Virus record (IMG/VR): IMGVR_UViG_3300010885_050383
Span: 1 to 64,000 of that record
Reading direction: 5' to 3' (one strand)
Length of the DNA stretch: 64,000 nt
Origin: a virus
Part shown: piece by piece, positions 30,013-39,149 of the stretch
How the letters are laid out: every line of letters starts with the position of its first letter
Position numbering within the stretch: the stretch's first letter is position 1
Program-made: the position numbers and the translations under genes
Notes under the pieces: generated by a model
Told to the model about the DNA's origin: nothing
Database searches by the model: none
The model's input: only the letters and a program-made list of their open reading frames with translations

Positions 30013-30863
30013 AAATATTAACATCAGATATTTTTTTAGCAGGACAAGATAATTGTGATTGGAAAGAAGGGTGTGAATTTACATATGCTTTTAGAAATTT
30101 AGGACATATATGTCATATAGCAGGAAAAAACTGTAAAATACCAGAATATCAAATACCAAATATTGCACATAAATATGATTTTGCATTAATTACAGAAAAT
30201 TATCCACAACATTCCAATTGGGCATGGTGGGATTGGAGAAGTATAAAAATTCCTAAAGTTTTTTGGGCAATAGATACTCATATAGAAAATTTTTTACCTT
30301 GGATAAAACATGCAAATATAGATTATGTAGCATTTAATAACCCTCAAGACTTAGAAAAATATCAATTACCAAATTCTTTCTGGATGCCATATGCAATATC
30401 AAAGTTACATTACTTGAAACAATATACAGATAAAAAAACAAAAGATTTGGTTTTTATAGGAAAAATGCTTCCAGAAAGAAAACGTATATGTGAAAAATTC
30501 AACATAGAATGTTTAAATGTATATGGACCAAACTATGTAAAAGAAATGCAAGAATCTAAAATCTGCTTCAATCAATCTATGTCTTATGATATCAATGCAA
30601 AGTATTTTGAAATTTTAGGAAGTGGATCATTTATGTTGACCAATTATAATGAACATTTCCATAAATTTGTTGATTATAATGAAGATATAGGTAAAATGTT
30701 TTATTCTTCAGAAGAAGAATTGGAGAAAAAAATAAAATATTATCTAGCAAACGATCAAGAAAGAGAAGAAATTGCTGCTAGAGCAAGAAAATACATAGCA
30801 GAAAACCATACATACGAAAATAGAGCACAATTAATATTAAATAAAATTAATTTATTAAAATGA
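30009..30863 (+). CDS. GT-B glycosyltransferase (CgeB/Glyco_trans_1_2-like)
   Basis: SKICFN...NAKYFEILGSGSFMLT...KIKYYL...REEIAARAR...HTYENRA. Confidence 0.82.
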   Translation: MKILTSDIFLAGQDNCDWKEGCEFTYAFRNLGHICHIAGKNCKIPEYQIPNIAHKYDFALITENYPQHSNWAWWDWRSIKIPKVFWAIDTHIENFLPWIKHANIDYVAFNNPQDLEKYQLPNSFWMPYAISKLHYLKQYTDKKTKDLVFIGKMLPERKRICEKFNIECLNVYGPNYVKEMQESKICFNQSMSYDINAKYFEILGSGSFMLTNYNEHFHKFVDYNEDIGKMFYSSEEELEKKIKYYLANDQEREEIAARARKYIAENHTYENRAQLILNKINLLK

Positions 30864-31678
30864 ATGAAAGAAGATTACATTACGCAATTTATAATTCAGA
30901 AGAAAATTCTTTGATAGGAATACACCAATCTGGATTTTATTCTTGCATAAATTGTTTAAGAATTTCTCTTTATAAATTAATATCTGAAGGAATTTTACCA
31001 AAAAAAATATCTTTAGAAAATACTTTAGATTGGTATAAAGATCATCTCAATCAAGACCTTTATCCTATTTTATACAAAACAGATTTTTCTAAAATAGACA
31101 AAATAAACAAAAACTTTCAATATGAAATGTTTTGTGCAACAGCAGTTAGACATCTTGATCTTGATTTAAAAAATTTTATTCCTATAGAAGAAGTTTACTT
31201 TTTACCTTCAGATATCATTGTACAAAATATATCTACTCTAGAAAAAAAATATAATATAGATTACACAAAAACTCTAGCAGTATTGCATCGTGGTACTGAT
31301 AAACATAAAGAAACCAAACTTTCACCAGTAAATGATTGGATTGAAACAATTGAAAAGTATTATGAAGAAGGACATAAGATTTTAATTCAGACTGATGATG
31401 AAAATGCAAAAAAACAATTTATAGAACATTTTAAAGATCGTTGTTTTACTCTTGAAGAGATGATATATGGAAGCGATCAAAATTCTAATGTAAAACCCCA
31501 TTTCAATAAAACTCAGTGGTCTATAAACTTTGAAAGCGTTATGCATATCATATCTAAATGTAATCGTATGATAAATCATGCAGGAAATGTTGCTATGATA
31601 CCAATTTTATATAGAAAAAGTTTAGTTAAAACGATACAATTTTACAACGGAGAAATTATTGATCACGATAAATTATAA
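30860..31678 (+). CDS. Fucosyltransferase-like protein (GT23/NodZ-like)
   Basis: SGFYS, AVLHRGTDK (H-R-x-T-D-K donor motif), ILIQTDD, ISKC...GNV. Confidence 0.65.
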   Translation: MNERRLHYAIYNSEENSLIGIHQSGFYSCINCLRISLYKLISEGILPKKISLENTLDWYKDHLNQDLYPILYKTDFSKIDKINKNFQYEMFCATAVRHLDLDLKNFIPIEEVYFLPSDIIVQNISTLEKKYNIDYTKTLAVLHRGTDKHKETKLSPVNDWIETIEKYYEEGHKILIQTDDENAKKQFIEHFKDRCFTLEEMIYGSDQNSNVKPHFNKTQWSINFESVMHIISKCNRMINHAGNVAMIPILYRKSLVKTIQFYNGEIIDHDKL

Positions 31679-31679
31679 T

Positions 31680-31707
31680 TTGATAATTCTGTGATAGATA
31701 TTATACT
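31680..31707 (+). promoter_or_regulatory. sigma70-like promoter for gene 46
   Basis: TTGATA-N16-TATACT, 8 nt before ATG. Confidence 0.55.
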
Positions 31708-31715
31708 TCAAAGAA

Positions 31716-33524
31716 ATGAAAAAAATAATCTTTACGCAAATAAAAATTAAAAACTTCCTATCTATAGGAAAAAATGAAGTTGTATTAGATTTTTCTTCTG
31801 GTATTAACCTCATAACTGGAGAAAATTACGATAAAGGTGGAAGAAATGGAGTGGGTAAAAGTTCTTTGATCGAATCCATATATTGGTGTTTGTTTGGTAA
31901 TACTATCCGAGATATCAAGAAAGATAGAGTGCTTCACAATCAAAGCAAGAAAGGATGTGAAGTCATCTTGGATTTTGAGATCGAAACAGGAAAGAATAAA
32001 AACGTTTATAGGATCACGAGAAGCCTTGAACCCAGTAAACTCGTTCTAGAGGCTTTCACGGCTCTGCATTCGGATGATATATCACTCTCATCGATGCCTA
32101 AAACAGATGAATATATCAGAGAATTAATCGGAGCAAACGAAGAAGTCTTCCAAAACTCTGTAATCATGACAGCAAACGGAACTATTCCGTTTATGGCACA
32201 AAAGAAAATAGACAAAAGAAAATTCATCGAAGGTATTTTAGACCTTGGCATTTTTGGTGAGATGTTACTGAAAGTAAGAGGAGAATATAATGACAAGAAG
32301 AAAGAAAATGATCTCGTTGGTAAAGATTTTGTGAATGAACAGAGGGTGCTGGAGATACTAAAAGAAAACGAAGAAGGATTTGACGAGAGTAAAGCCAATA
32401 GAATAAAAGTTATTTCTTCTAAAATAGAAGCATCTTCAATAGATCTTCAAAATTTAACCGATAAAAATATTGAAAACGTTTCTTTACTCAAAGACAAGAT
32501 AAAAACTCACGAAGAAGAGATAGAAGTCCTTGAAGAACTTATAGATAAGGCAAATAAAAAAGCAGTAAACTTTAGAGATAAGAAAATAGAATTACAAAAT
32601 ACTATTACGCAAGCAAAAAAAGAAAAACAAAAAATTTTAGATAAAGGAAATACATGTCCTACCTGCAACAGAGATTATTGCGAAGATGATTTAAGTCATA
32701 TTGAAGCCGAAATTAAAAGACTTGATGATATAATCAGTACTAACACTCCTGTTTACGAAGATTATGTCAAAAAAACCGACCAAACAATTGAACTTGGTCT
32801 AGAAAACAAAGAAAAGTTAGAGTCTACGAAGAAAGAAATAAAAAAAATCAATCAAAGTATATCAGAAGCATCTTTACATGAGCAAAAAATGAAAACTTTG
32901 ATGGATAAGATCGAAGAATATAAAGAAAATATTAAAGATATTGAAAATGAATCATTCAAAGATGATAAGAAAATAGAAAATTCAGAAGAAAAAATTGAAA
33001 ATTTAGAAACCAAGATAGAATCTTTACAAAAAGAGTTATTGATTCTTGAAAATGCAAAGTTTGTTGTTTCTGAAGAAGGTGTGAAGACTTTTATTGTCAA
33101 AAAAATGCTTAATGTTTTAAATTCGCAACTGAATTATTATCTTAAAGCATTGGAAGCTCCTTGTAGTTGTTATTTCGACGAAATGTTTGAAGAAACTATC
33201 TACAATGATGCAGGGAAAGAGTGTTCTTATTTTAATTTTAGTGGAGGAGAACGAAAAAGAATAGATGTGGCAGTGCTTTTTACCTTTCAAGACATTTTGA
33301 GAAGCCAATCAGGGACTTCGTTTAATCTTAACATGTATGACGAGCTTTTAGATGCTGGTTTGGATGATAAAGGAATTGAAAAAACGTTAGATATACTCCG
33401 TGAAAAGGTCAATAAATACAACGATGCAATTTATATTGTAAGTCACAAGACTTCTACCAAAAACAATATAGATAATGTGATTTTATTGAAAAAAATTAAG
33501 GGAACTACGAGTATAGCTAGTTGA
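31716..33524 (+). CDS. gp46: Recombination ATPase gp46 (Rad50/SbcC-like)
   Basis: KNFLSIG, NGVGKS, CPTC zinc hook, FSGGE, DELLD, VSH. Confidence 0.95.
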   Translation: MKKIIFTQIKIKNFLSIGKNEVVLDFSSGINLITGENYDKGGRNGVGKSSLIESIYWCLFGNTIRDIKKDRVLHNQSKKGCEVILDFEIETGKNKNVYRITRSLEPSKLVLEAFTALHSDDISLSSMPKTDEYIRELIGANEEVFQNSVIMTANGTIPFMAQKKIDKRKFIEGILDLGIFGEMLLKVRGEYNDKKKENDLVGKDFVNEQRVLEILKENEEGFDESKANRIKVISSKIEASSIDLQNLTDKNIENVSLLKDKIKTHEEEIEVLEELIDKANKKAVNFRDKKIELQNTITQAKKEKQKILDKGNTCPTCNRDYCEDDLSHIEAEIKRLDDIISTNTPVYEDYVKKTDQTIELGLENKEKLESTKKEIKKINQSISEASLHEQKMKTLMDKIEEYKENIKDIENESFKDDKKIENSEEKIENLETKIESLQKELLILENAKFVVSEEGVKTFIVKKMLNVLNSQLNYYLKALEAPCSCYFDEMFEETIYNDAGKECSYFNFSGGERKRIDVAVLFTFQDILRSQSGTSFNLNMYDELLDAGLDDKGIEKTLDILREKVNKYNDAIYIVSHKTSTKNNIDNVILLKKIKGTTSIAS

Positions 33525-33549
33525 AAATTTAATGTATAGTTATTAGTAT
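33521..33549 (+). promoter_or_regulatory. sigma70-like promoter
   Basis: TTGAAA-N17-TAGTAT upstream of 33561. Confidence 0.5.
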
Positions 33550-33560
33550 AAAAAATTGCT

Positions 33561-34883
33561 ATGATTAAAATTAAAAACGCACCAAAAGTTCCTGAAAAAA
33601 ATACATCTAATAGCATTGTATACGAGTATAGACCTGTAGCAACCAATATTCCTAATGCTCCACAAGGTTTACCAATTGGAACTCCTACCTATAGCTATGT
33701 TTCTCCTGTACCAGTAAGCATTCCAACCCCTCCAGCAGTAGAAATGCCCGAATTAAGCCTTCCTAGAGCTATCAATTACTATGCTGACTATGGTGGTTGT
33801 GGTTACTGGAGAATGATTTGGCCTGAATATGTACTCAATAGTTATCAGAAAATGTGTATTTCAGGGTTAACTGCAATGGTAATGGATGTAAGATTTTACC
33901 AAGGCATCTCTGCAATAAGAATGCAGAGACAAGCAACCCCAATTCAAAATGCTTTTATCAAAGAATTGAAGAAAGCACAAAAGGATTTTGGTTTCAGACT
34001 GCTTTATGAGGTAGATGATATTGTTTTCAAGGATGATATTCCAGATTACAATCGTTGTAAGGAAGCATTCGTAAGCCAAGAGATCATCGATAATATTCTA
34101 GACATCATGTCCAACATGGATGAGATAACTGTGACATGTCAATACATGAAAGATTACTATATCAATAAAACAGGTAATAAAAATATTACAGTTATTCCCA
34201 ATTACGCACCAAAATTCTGGCTTGATAGGTTTTATGACAGAAAACGTGTGGAAGAACTCTATGATAGGCATAAAAAGCGTCCTAGAATCCTTTATTGCGG
34301 TTCTGGAACCCATGTGGATTACATTAACAAGACAGGAATGAACGATGATTTTGCTCATGTTATTGAAGACATCATCAAAGCAAGAAAGAAATTCAAATTT
34401 GTATGGAAAGGTTGCTTCCCCCTTGCTGTAAAACCATTTATCGACAATGGAGAAATGGAATTTATTGATTGGTCACAGCTTATGGATCTTCCACAGGACA
34501 TTTATAAGATTGGAGCCAATGCAACATTTGCTTCATTACAAGATAATATCTTTAATAAGTCCAAGAGCAACATCAAAATGGTTGAGTCTGGAGCATTTGG
34601 TATGCCCGGAGCCTATCAAGATCTCTGTACATATGATGGAGCAGATTTTAAGTTTAAATCTGGCAAAGATTTAATCGATCAACTCGAATATATCACATCT
34701 GATTTTGATAGATACATGAAATTCTCTGATAAATCTCGTAAATTTACCGAAGGTCTTTGGTTAGAAGACCATATGGACGAATACCAAGCATTATATACAA
34801 CAGCATGGGGATCAAAAGAAAGAAAAGAAATGGCTCCCTTGTTGATTGCAAACAATTTAGATCAAGATTTAATTGACGATTAA
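33561..34883 (+). CDS. GT-B fold glycosyltransferase-like protein adjacent to DNA polymerase
   Basis: ADYGGCGYWRM.WP, YEVDDIV, ITVIPN, GSGTH, FNKSKSNIKMVESGAFGMP. Confidence 0.75.
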   Translation: MIKIKNAPKVPEKNTSNSIVYEYRPVATNIPNAPQGLPIGTPTYSYVSPVPVSIPTPPAVEMPELSLPRAINYYADYGGCGYWRMIWPEYVLNSYQKMCISGLTAMVMDVRFYQGISAIRMQRQATPIQNAFIKELKKAQKDFGFRLLYEVDDIVFKDDIPDYNRCKEAFVSQEIIDNILDIMSNMDEITVTCQYMKDYYINKTGNKNITVIPNYAPKFWLDRFYDRKRVEELYDRHKKRPRILYCGSGTHVDYINKTGMNDDFAHVIEDIIKARKKFKFVWKGCFPLAVKPFIDNGEMEFIDWSQLMDLPQDIYKIGANATFASLQDNIFNKSKSNIKMVESGAFGMPGAYQDLCTYDGADFKFKSGKDLIDQLEYITSDFDRYMKFSDKSRKFTEGLWLEDHMDEYQALYTTAWGSKERKEMAPLLIANNLDQDLIDD

Positions 34884-34901
34884 TACATATACTGCTACTA
34901 T
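34873..34901 (+). promoter_or_regulatory. sigma70-like promoter of DNA polymerase, leaderless geometry
   Basis: TTGACG-N17-(TG-C)TACTAT-N6-ATG. Confidence 0.72.
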
Positions 34902-34907
34902 TGGGTA

Positions 34908-37478
34908 ATGGCATGGCGAAACATCTACTACTGTAATAAAACACAGTCTATTCATCTCTGGACTTGGGATGAAAATGGTAATCGTGTGAAGTACGAAACT
35001 TCATACGAGCCATATCTTTATATAGAGTCATCTACAGGTACGGATGGTGTTTCAATTTTTAATACTCCACTAAAGAAAAAAACTTTTCGATCAAATTATG
35101 ATCGAAGCAAGTTTGCAGCAGAAACTCCTCTCAAAATTTTTCATAATCTTGCATGTGAACAGCAATTTTTACTTGATACATACAAAAATGACATAACAAA
35201 ATTAGGTTTTGGAACACAACCATTGAAAGTTTTCTTATTTGACATTGAAACATATAGTAAAGGAGCCTTTCCTGTCCCAGAAAAAGCAGAAGACCCAATT
35301 AATTTGATTACTATCTTTGATAGTCTCACAAAAAAATATTATACATGGGGATTAAAGCAGTATAACCCAAAAGATTCGGATGTAACATATTTTTATTGCA
35401 AAAGTGAATATGATCTGATCAAAAAGTTTTTAGAATTTTGGGAAAATGACCCTCCAGACATGATTTCTGGTTGGAATTCCGAAGGTTTTGATGTTCCTTA
35501 TGTTGTGAGACGAATAGTAAATTTAATGGGAGGCGAAGAAGCCGCAAGATTGTCTCCTGTTAGGAATATCTACTATCGGGAGAATGCCGAAACCGATAAA
35601 TACGGAAAAACAATTAATAAATGGATTATCGATGGTATTAGTCATATCGATTATATGAAAGCATATAGAGCATTTGCTCGTAGTGATCGTGAATCTTACT
35701 CGTTGGGTTACATTGGACAATATGAACTCGGAGAAACCAAAATAAACATTGGTGCAACCAATCTTGCAGATCTTTCTGATAAAGATTGGGATAAATTTGT
35801 TGACTATAATATCCAAGATGTTCGTTTGTTGGTTAAATTGGACGAAAAACTCAAATATATTAAGCTTATCCGTACTCTTTCTTATAAAGGATTCATTAAA
35901 TTTGAGCAATCACTCAAAAAAGTAGCCATGATTAGTGGTGCAGTTGCCTATCAAGCAGCTATGGATGGTAAAATCATTCCAACATTTAAACAAGAAACCG
36001 AAAGAAAAAAGTTTGAAGGTGGTTATGTACATGAACCAGTACGAGGCATGGCTAATTCTATTGTCAGTTACGATGCAAATAGTCTTTATCCGAACACAAT
36101 TATCACTTTAAACGTCTCTCCAGAGACAAAAATTGGTAAAATCACCCACACAGAAGGGGAAAATTATCATTTATTGCTTACCAATAACAAAACAGTGGTG
36201 CTTCCTAAAGAAAAATTTGATAGACTTGTCGAAAAAGAAAAACTTTCTATATCAAAGTATAATGTTTTATACACACAAAAAATAAAAGGAGTAGTTCCAA
36301 AACTTATTGATCGTATATATTCGGAAAGAGTTGAGGCAAAAAACAAAATGTTAGGGCTTCAAAGGACATTGGATCAAATTACAGATAAAAAAGAACGAGA
36401 AAAAACCGAAGAGTTAATTCTTGATCTTGATACTCAGCAATATGTTTACAAAATTGTTCTTAATTCCATCTACGGAGTTTTTGCACAAGTACATTCTCCG
36501 CTTTTTGATATTGATCACGCCGCAAGTATTACTTTAACTGGTCAATCAAGTAGTAAAGAAGCTGCAAATATTGTAATGCAATATACAAATTCTAAGGGAT
36601 TTGATTTTAAGAAAGATGATATCTACAAATATGGTGATACAGATAGTGCTTATATTTCCATCCAACCAATTTTAGATCATTATAAAATTAAATTATCTGA
36701 AAATGGCAAGATTACAGACGAAGCTCGTAAGATTATTAAAGAACTTGGGCTATTCCTCAACAAAGGAATCAATGAATGGGCAATTAATGAATTGAAATCT
36801 ACTGATCCTCGGTTTGTTTTCAAGCAAGAAGCCATTTCAGATGTTTCTGTATTCATGGAAAAGAAAAGATATATATTACATCTGTTAGAATTAGATGGAA
36901 TGGTTCCCAACAAGCCTTTTAAATACGTTGGGGTTGAAGTTGTTCGATCAACTTTCTCCGATTCTATTAAAAAACTTATTAAACAAGTGTTGGAATCCGC
37001 AATTTTGGCACAAGATAAGCAAAAAGCCGATAAAATTTTCATTGATGCTTACGAAACAGTTAAGAATATGCCTATAGAAGATCTTTCTTTCCGAACTAGT
37101 ATATCGAATTATGAGAAATATGAAAGAAAAGTCGATAGTTTTGGAAAATTTGGTAAAGGAATAACAATCCAAGGCAAAAGTTCCATAGGATTTAATAGAA
37201 TGCTTAAACATTTTAATTTAGATTCCAAATACGAGTCTATTAAAAGTGGTATGAAAATAAAATTCTTTTATTTAGCAAAAAATAAATTTAATTATGATAC
37301 TATAGGTTTTATTGATGTGTTTCCTAATGAATTAAAACCAGTTTTTGAAGTAGATTATAAAGAAATGTTTGATAAAACCGTTGTTCCACCAATTGATAGA
37401 TTGTATGAGTGCTTGGGTTGGATTATTCCTCAAGTTACTTCTGCAAGAACTACAGATTTATTTGAATTACTTTCATGA
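34908..37478 (+). CDS. gp43: Family B DNA polymerase (gp43)
   Basis: Exo FDIET, GWNSEGFD, YNIQD; Pol SYDANSLYP, KIVLNSIYG, YGDTDS. Confidence 0.97.
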   Translation: MAWRNIYYCNKTQSIHLWTWDENGNRVKYETSYEPYLYIESSTGTDGVSIFNTPLKKKTFRSNYDRSKFAAETPLKIFHNLACEQQFLLDTYKNDITKLGFGTQPLKVFLFDIETYSKGAFPVPEKAEDPINLITIFDSLTKKYYTWGLKQYNPKDSDVTYFYCKSEYDLIKKFLEFWENDPPDMISGWNSEGFDVPYVVRRIVNLMGGEEAARLSPVRNIYYRENAETDKYGKTINKWIIDGISHIDYMKAYRAFARSDRESYSLGYIGQYELGETKINIGATNLADLSDKDWDKFVDYNIQDVRLLVKLDEKLKYIKLIRTLSYKGFIKFEQSLKKVAMISGAVAYQAAMDGKIIPTFKQETERKKFEGGYVHEPVRGMANSIVSYDANSLYPNTIITLNVSPETKIGKITHTEGENYHLLLTNNKTVVLPKEKFDRLVEKEKLSISKYNVLYTQKIKGVVPKLIDRIYSERVEAKNKMLGLQRTLDQITDKKEREKTEELILDLDTQQYVYKIVLNSIYGVFAQVHSPLFDIDHAASITLTGQSSSKEAANIVMQYTNSKGFDFKKDDIYKYGDTDSAYISIQPILDHYKIKLSENGKITDEARKIIKELGLFLNKGINEWAINELKSTDPRFVFKQEAISDVSVFMEKKRYILHLLELDGMVPNKPFKYVGVEVVRSTFSDSIKKLIKQVLESAILAQDKQKADKIFIDAYETVKNMPIEDLSFRTSISNYEKYERKVDSFGKFGKGITIQGKSSIGFNRMLKHFNLDSKYESIKSGMKIKFFYLAKNKFNYDTIGFIDVFPNELKPVFEVDYKEMFDKTVVPPIDRLYECLGWIIPQVTSARTTDLFELLS

Positions 37479-37544
37479 AAATAAAAGCATTAAATTTTTA
37501 ATAAAAAGCTATTGACATATGATGATGATTTTATAAATCTTATC

Positions 37545-37961
37545 ATGAGTGATACAACAAACCCAACAACAAACCCAACAATAACAACCTTTCTTGATGC
37601 TGTAGGTCGTACCATAGTAGGTACACTTATCGCAGAAAAGTCAACGGATACAACCCTAGCAATACAAAACCCCGTTGTTTTGCATGTAGTTCCACAAGAT
37701 CAATCAGGAAGAATGTCGGTTCAACTCCTTCCAATTTTCTTCCGTGAGTTCTTGGCAGACAAGACAGCAGACGTAACTTTCTTCTACAAGAAAAATACAA
37801 TTACGGAAACCAGTATTGAAGAATTTGATTTCCGCCTCCAAGCCCAGTATACACAGATGTTTAATAAGAGTAACATCTTTGTTCCACCTTCGGCTGGAGA
37901 AGTAGCACCCGCTACTGCTGCACAAGCCCCCAATTCAGTAATTAATCTTTTTGATGAGTAA
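37545..37961 (+). CDS. Hypothetical (Sm-like fold possible)
   Basis: Start placed at MSD; the track's TTG start is part of a TTGACA box. GRTIVG...IQNPVVL pattern. Confidence 0.6.
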   Translation: MSDTTNPTTNPTITTFLDAVGRTIVGTLIAEKSTDTTLAIQNPVVLHVVPQDQSGRMSVQLLPIFFREFLADKTADVTFFYKKNTITETSIEEFDFRLQAQYTQMFNKSNIFVPPSAGEVAPATAAQAPNSVINLFDE

Positions 37962-37990
37962 ATCGTAATCTGCTCTCAAAGAAACCAGTA

Positions 37991-38026
37991 AAAACCCCAG
38001 ATTGTCATTTGACGATCTGGGGTTTT
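37991..38026 (+). terminator. Rho-independent, possibly bidirectional, terminator hairpin
   Basis: AAAACCCCAGATTGTCA-TT-TGACGATCTGGGGTTTT inverted repeat with one G-T pair. Confidence 0.8.
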
Positions 38027-38036
38027 GTGCTAATAT
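38009..38036 (+). promoter_or_regulatory. sigma70-like promoter of uvsX overlapping the terminator
   Basis: TTGACG-N16-(TG-C)TAATAT-N6-ATG. Confidence 0.65.
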
Positions 38037-38042
38037 ATTAAT

Positions 38043-39149
38043 ATGGCTAAAAGCAAACCCAATACCGAAGAAATTATTGAATCCACCCCAGACGTTAAAG
38101 ATGCATTTGATGTTTTAGATTCCTTAAATCCAGAAGCTACCTTTTTAGATGAAAATTCGCTATCTAATGTTTCTGAGTGGATTGATACTGGATCTTATGC
38201 ATTAAATGCAATAATTTCTGGATCTTTATTTGGTGGAATCCCTATGGGAAGATTAACAGGATTTATTGGGCCAGAGTCTTGTGGAAAGACTCTCATGTGT
38301 AGCAAAATTATGGCTAATGCACAAGCTTTTAGAAACATGCACATTGCTTATTTTGATACAGAGAATGCATTAGATGAGGATACTGCAAAACGTCTCGGTT
38401 GTAACCCCTCAAAAATTAAACACATCCCTTCTGAAGTTACCGAACAATGTAGAAATCAAATTGTAAAATTTTTAACAACTGTAATTGAAAAGGGATTACA
38501 AGGAAAAGTCATGGTTGTAATTGATTCTTTGGGTAATCTTATAACTACTCAAGAGAAAAAGAAAATTGATGAAGGAAGTGATACTCCTGATATGGGGAAT
38601 CGTGCAAAATCATTGAAAGCAATGTTAAGATCAATTACTCATGTTGCCTCAAAAGCTAATTGTCCTGTGATATTTACGAATCATATTTACGATGATCCAT
38701 CACAACTACATCCTTCTGCCTTAAAGAAGCAAGCAGGAGGTTCTGGGCCTCTTTATATGTCTTCTGTAATCGTTCAGATGGCAAAGAAGACTGAAAGATC
38801 AAGTGATAGTAAAAACAAAGATTCCAACGATGCTATTACCCCCTTGTCAAAAGACATTAATGGTCTTACTTTAAGAGCATTTACAACTAAAAATCGTTTT
38901 GTTCCACCATTCCTTGAGATAGAAATGTATTTGAATTTCCGAACTGGGCTTAACAAATATTCGGGTCTTCTTGAAATGGCAGAGGGTTATGGGGTTCTTA
39001 CCAAGTCTGGGCATCGTTATGTCCTTGGAGAGGAAACACTCGGTTTTTATAAAGATTGGAAAGATGACGAAAATACTTGGAATAAAATTTTGCCTTTATT
39101 GGAAGAGAAGTTAAAATCAGAACTTACTTTTAAAAACGAAAATAGCTGA
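38043..39149 (+). CDS. uvsX: RecA-like recombinase UvsX
   Basis: IDTGSYALN, GPESCGKT, FDTE, IDSLG, TNH, GGSG, KNRF. Confidence 0.93.
   Translation: MAKSKPNTEEIIESTPDVKDAFDVLDSLNPEATFLDENSLSNVSEWIDTGSYALNAIISGSLFGGIPMGRLTGFIGPESCGKTLMCSKIMANAQAFRNMHIAYFDTENALDEDTAKRLGCNPSKIKHIPSEVTEQCRNQIVKFLTTVIEKGLQGKVMVVIDSLGNLITTQEKKKIDEGSDTPDMGNRAKSLKAMLRSITHVASKANCPVIFTNHIYDDPSQLHPSALKKQAGGSGPLYMSSVIVQMAKKTERSSDSKNKDSNDAITPLSKDINGLTLRAFTTKNRFVPPFLEIEMYLNFRTGLNKYSGLLEMAEGYGVLTKSGHRYVLGEETLGFYKDWKDDENTWNKILPLLEEKLKSELTFKNENS

Noticed and set aside
19895-31678. Host chromosomal LPS locus or chimeric assembly
   Set aside because: Coupled by ATGA overlap to gene 47, closely followed by gene 46, and lacks transport/polymerase genes; read-level confirmation is still advisable
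37552-37582. ACAACAAACCCA duplication as a regulatory repeat
   Set aside because: Only two copies, encoding TTNP in a low-complexity N-terminus
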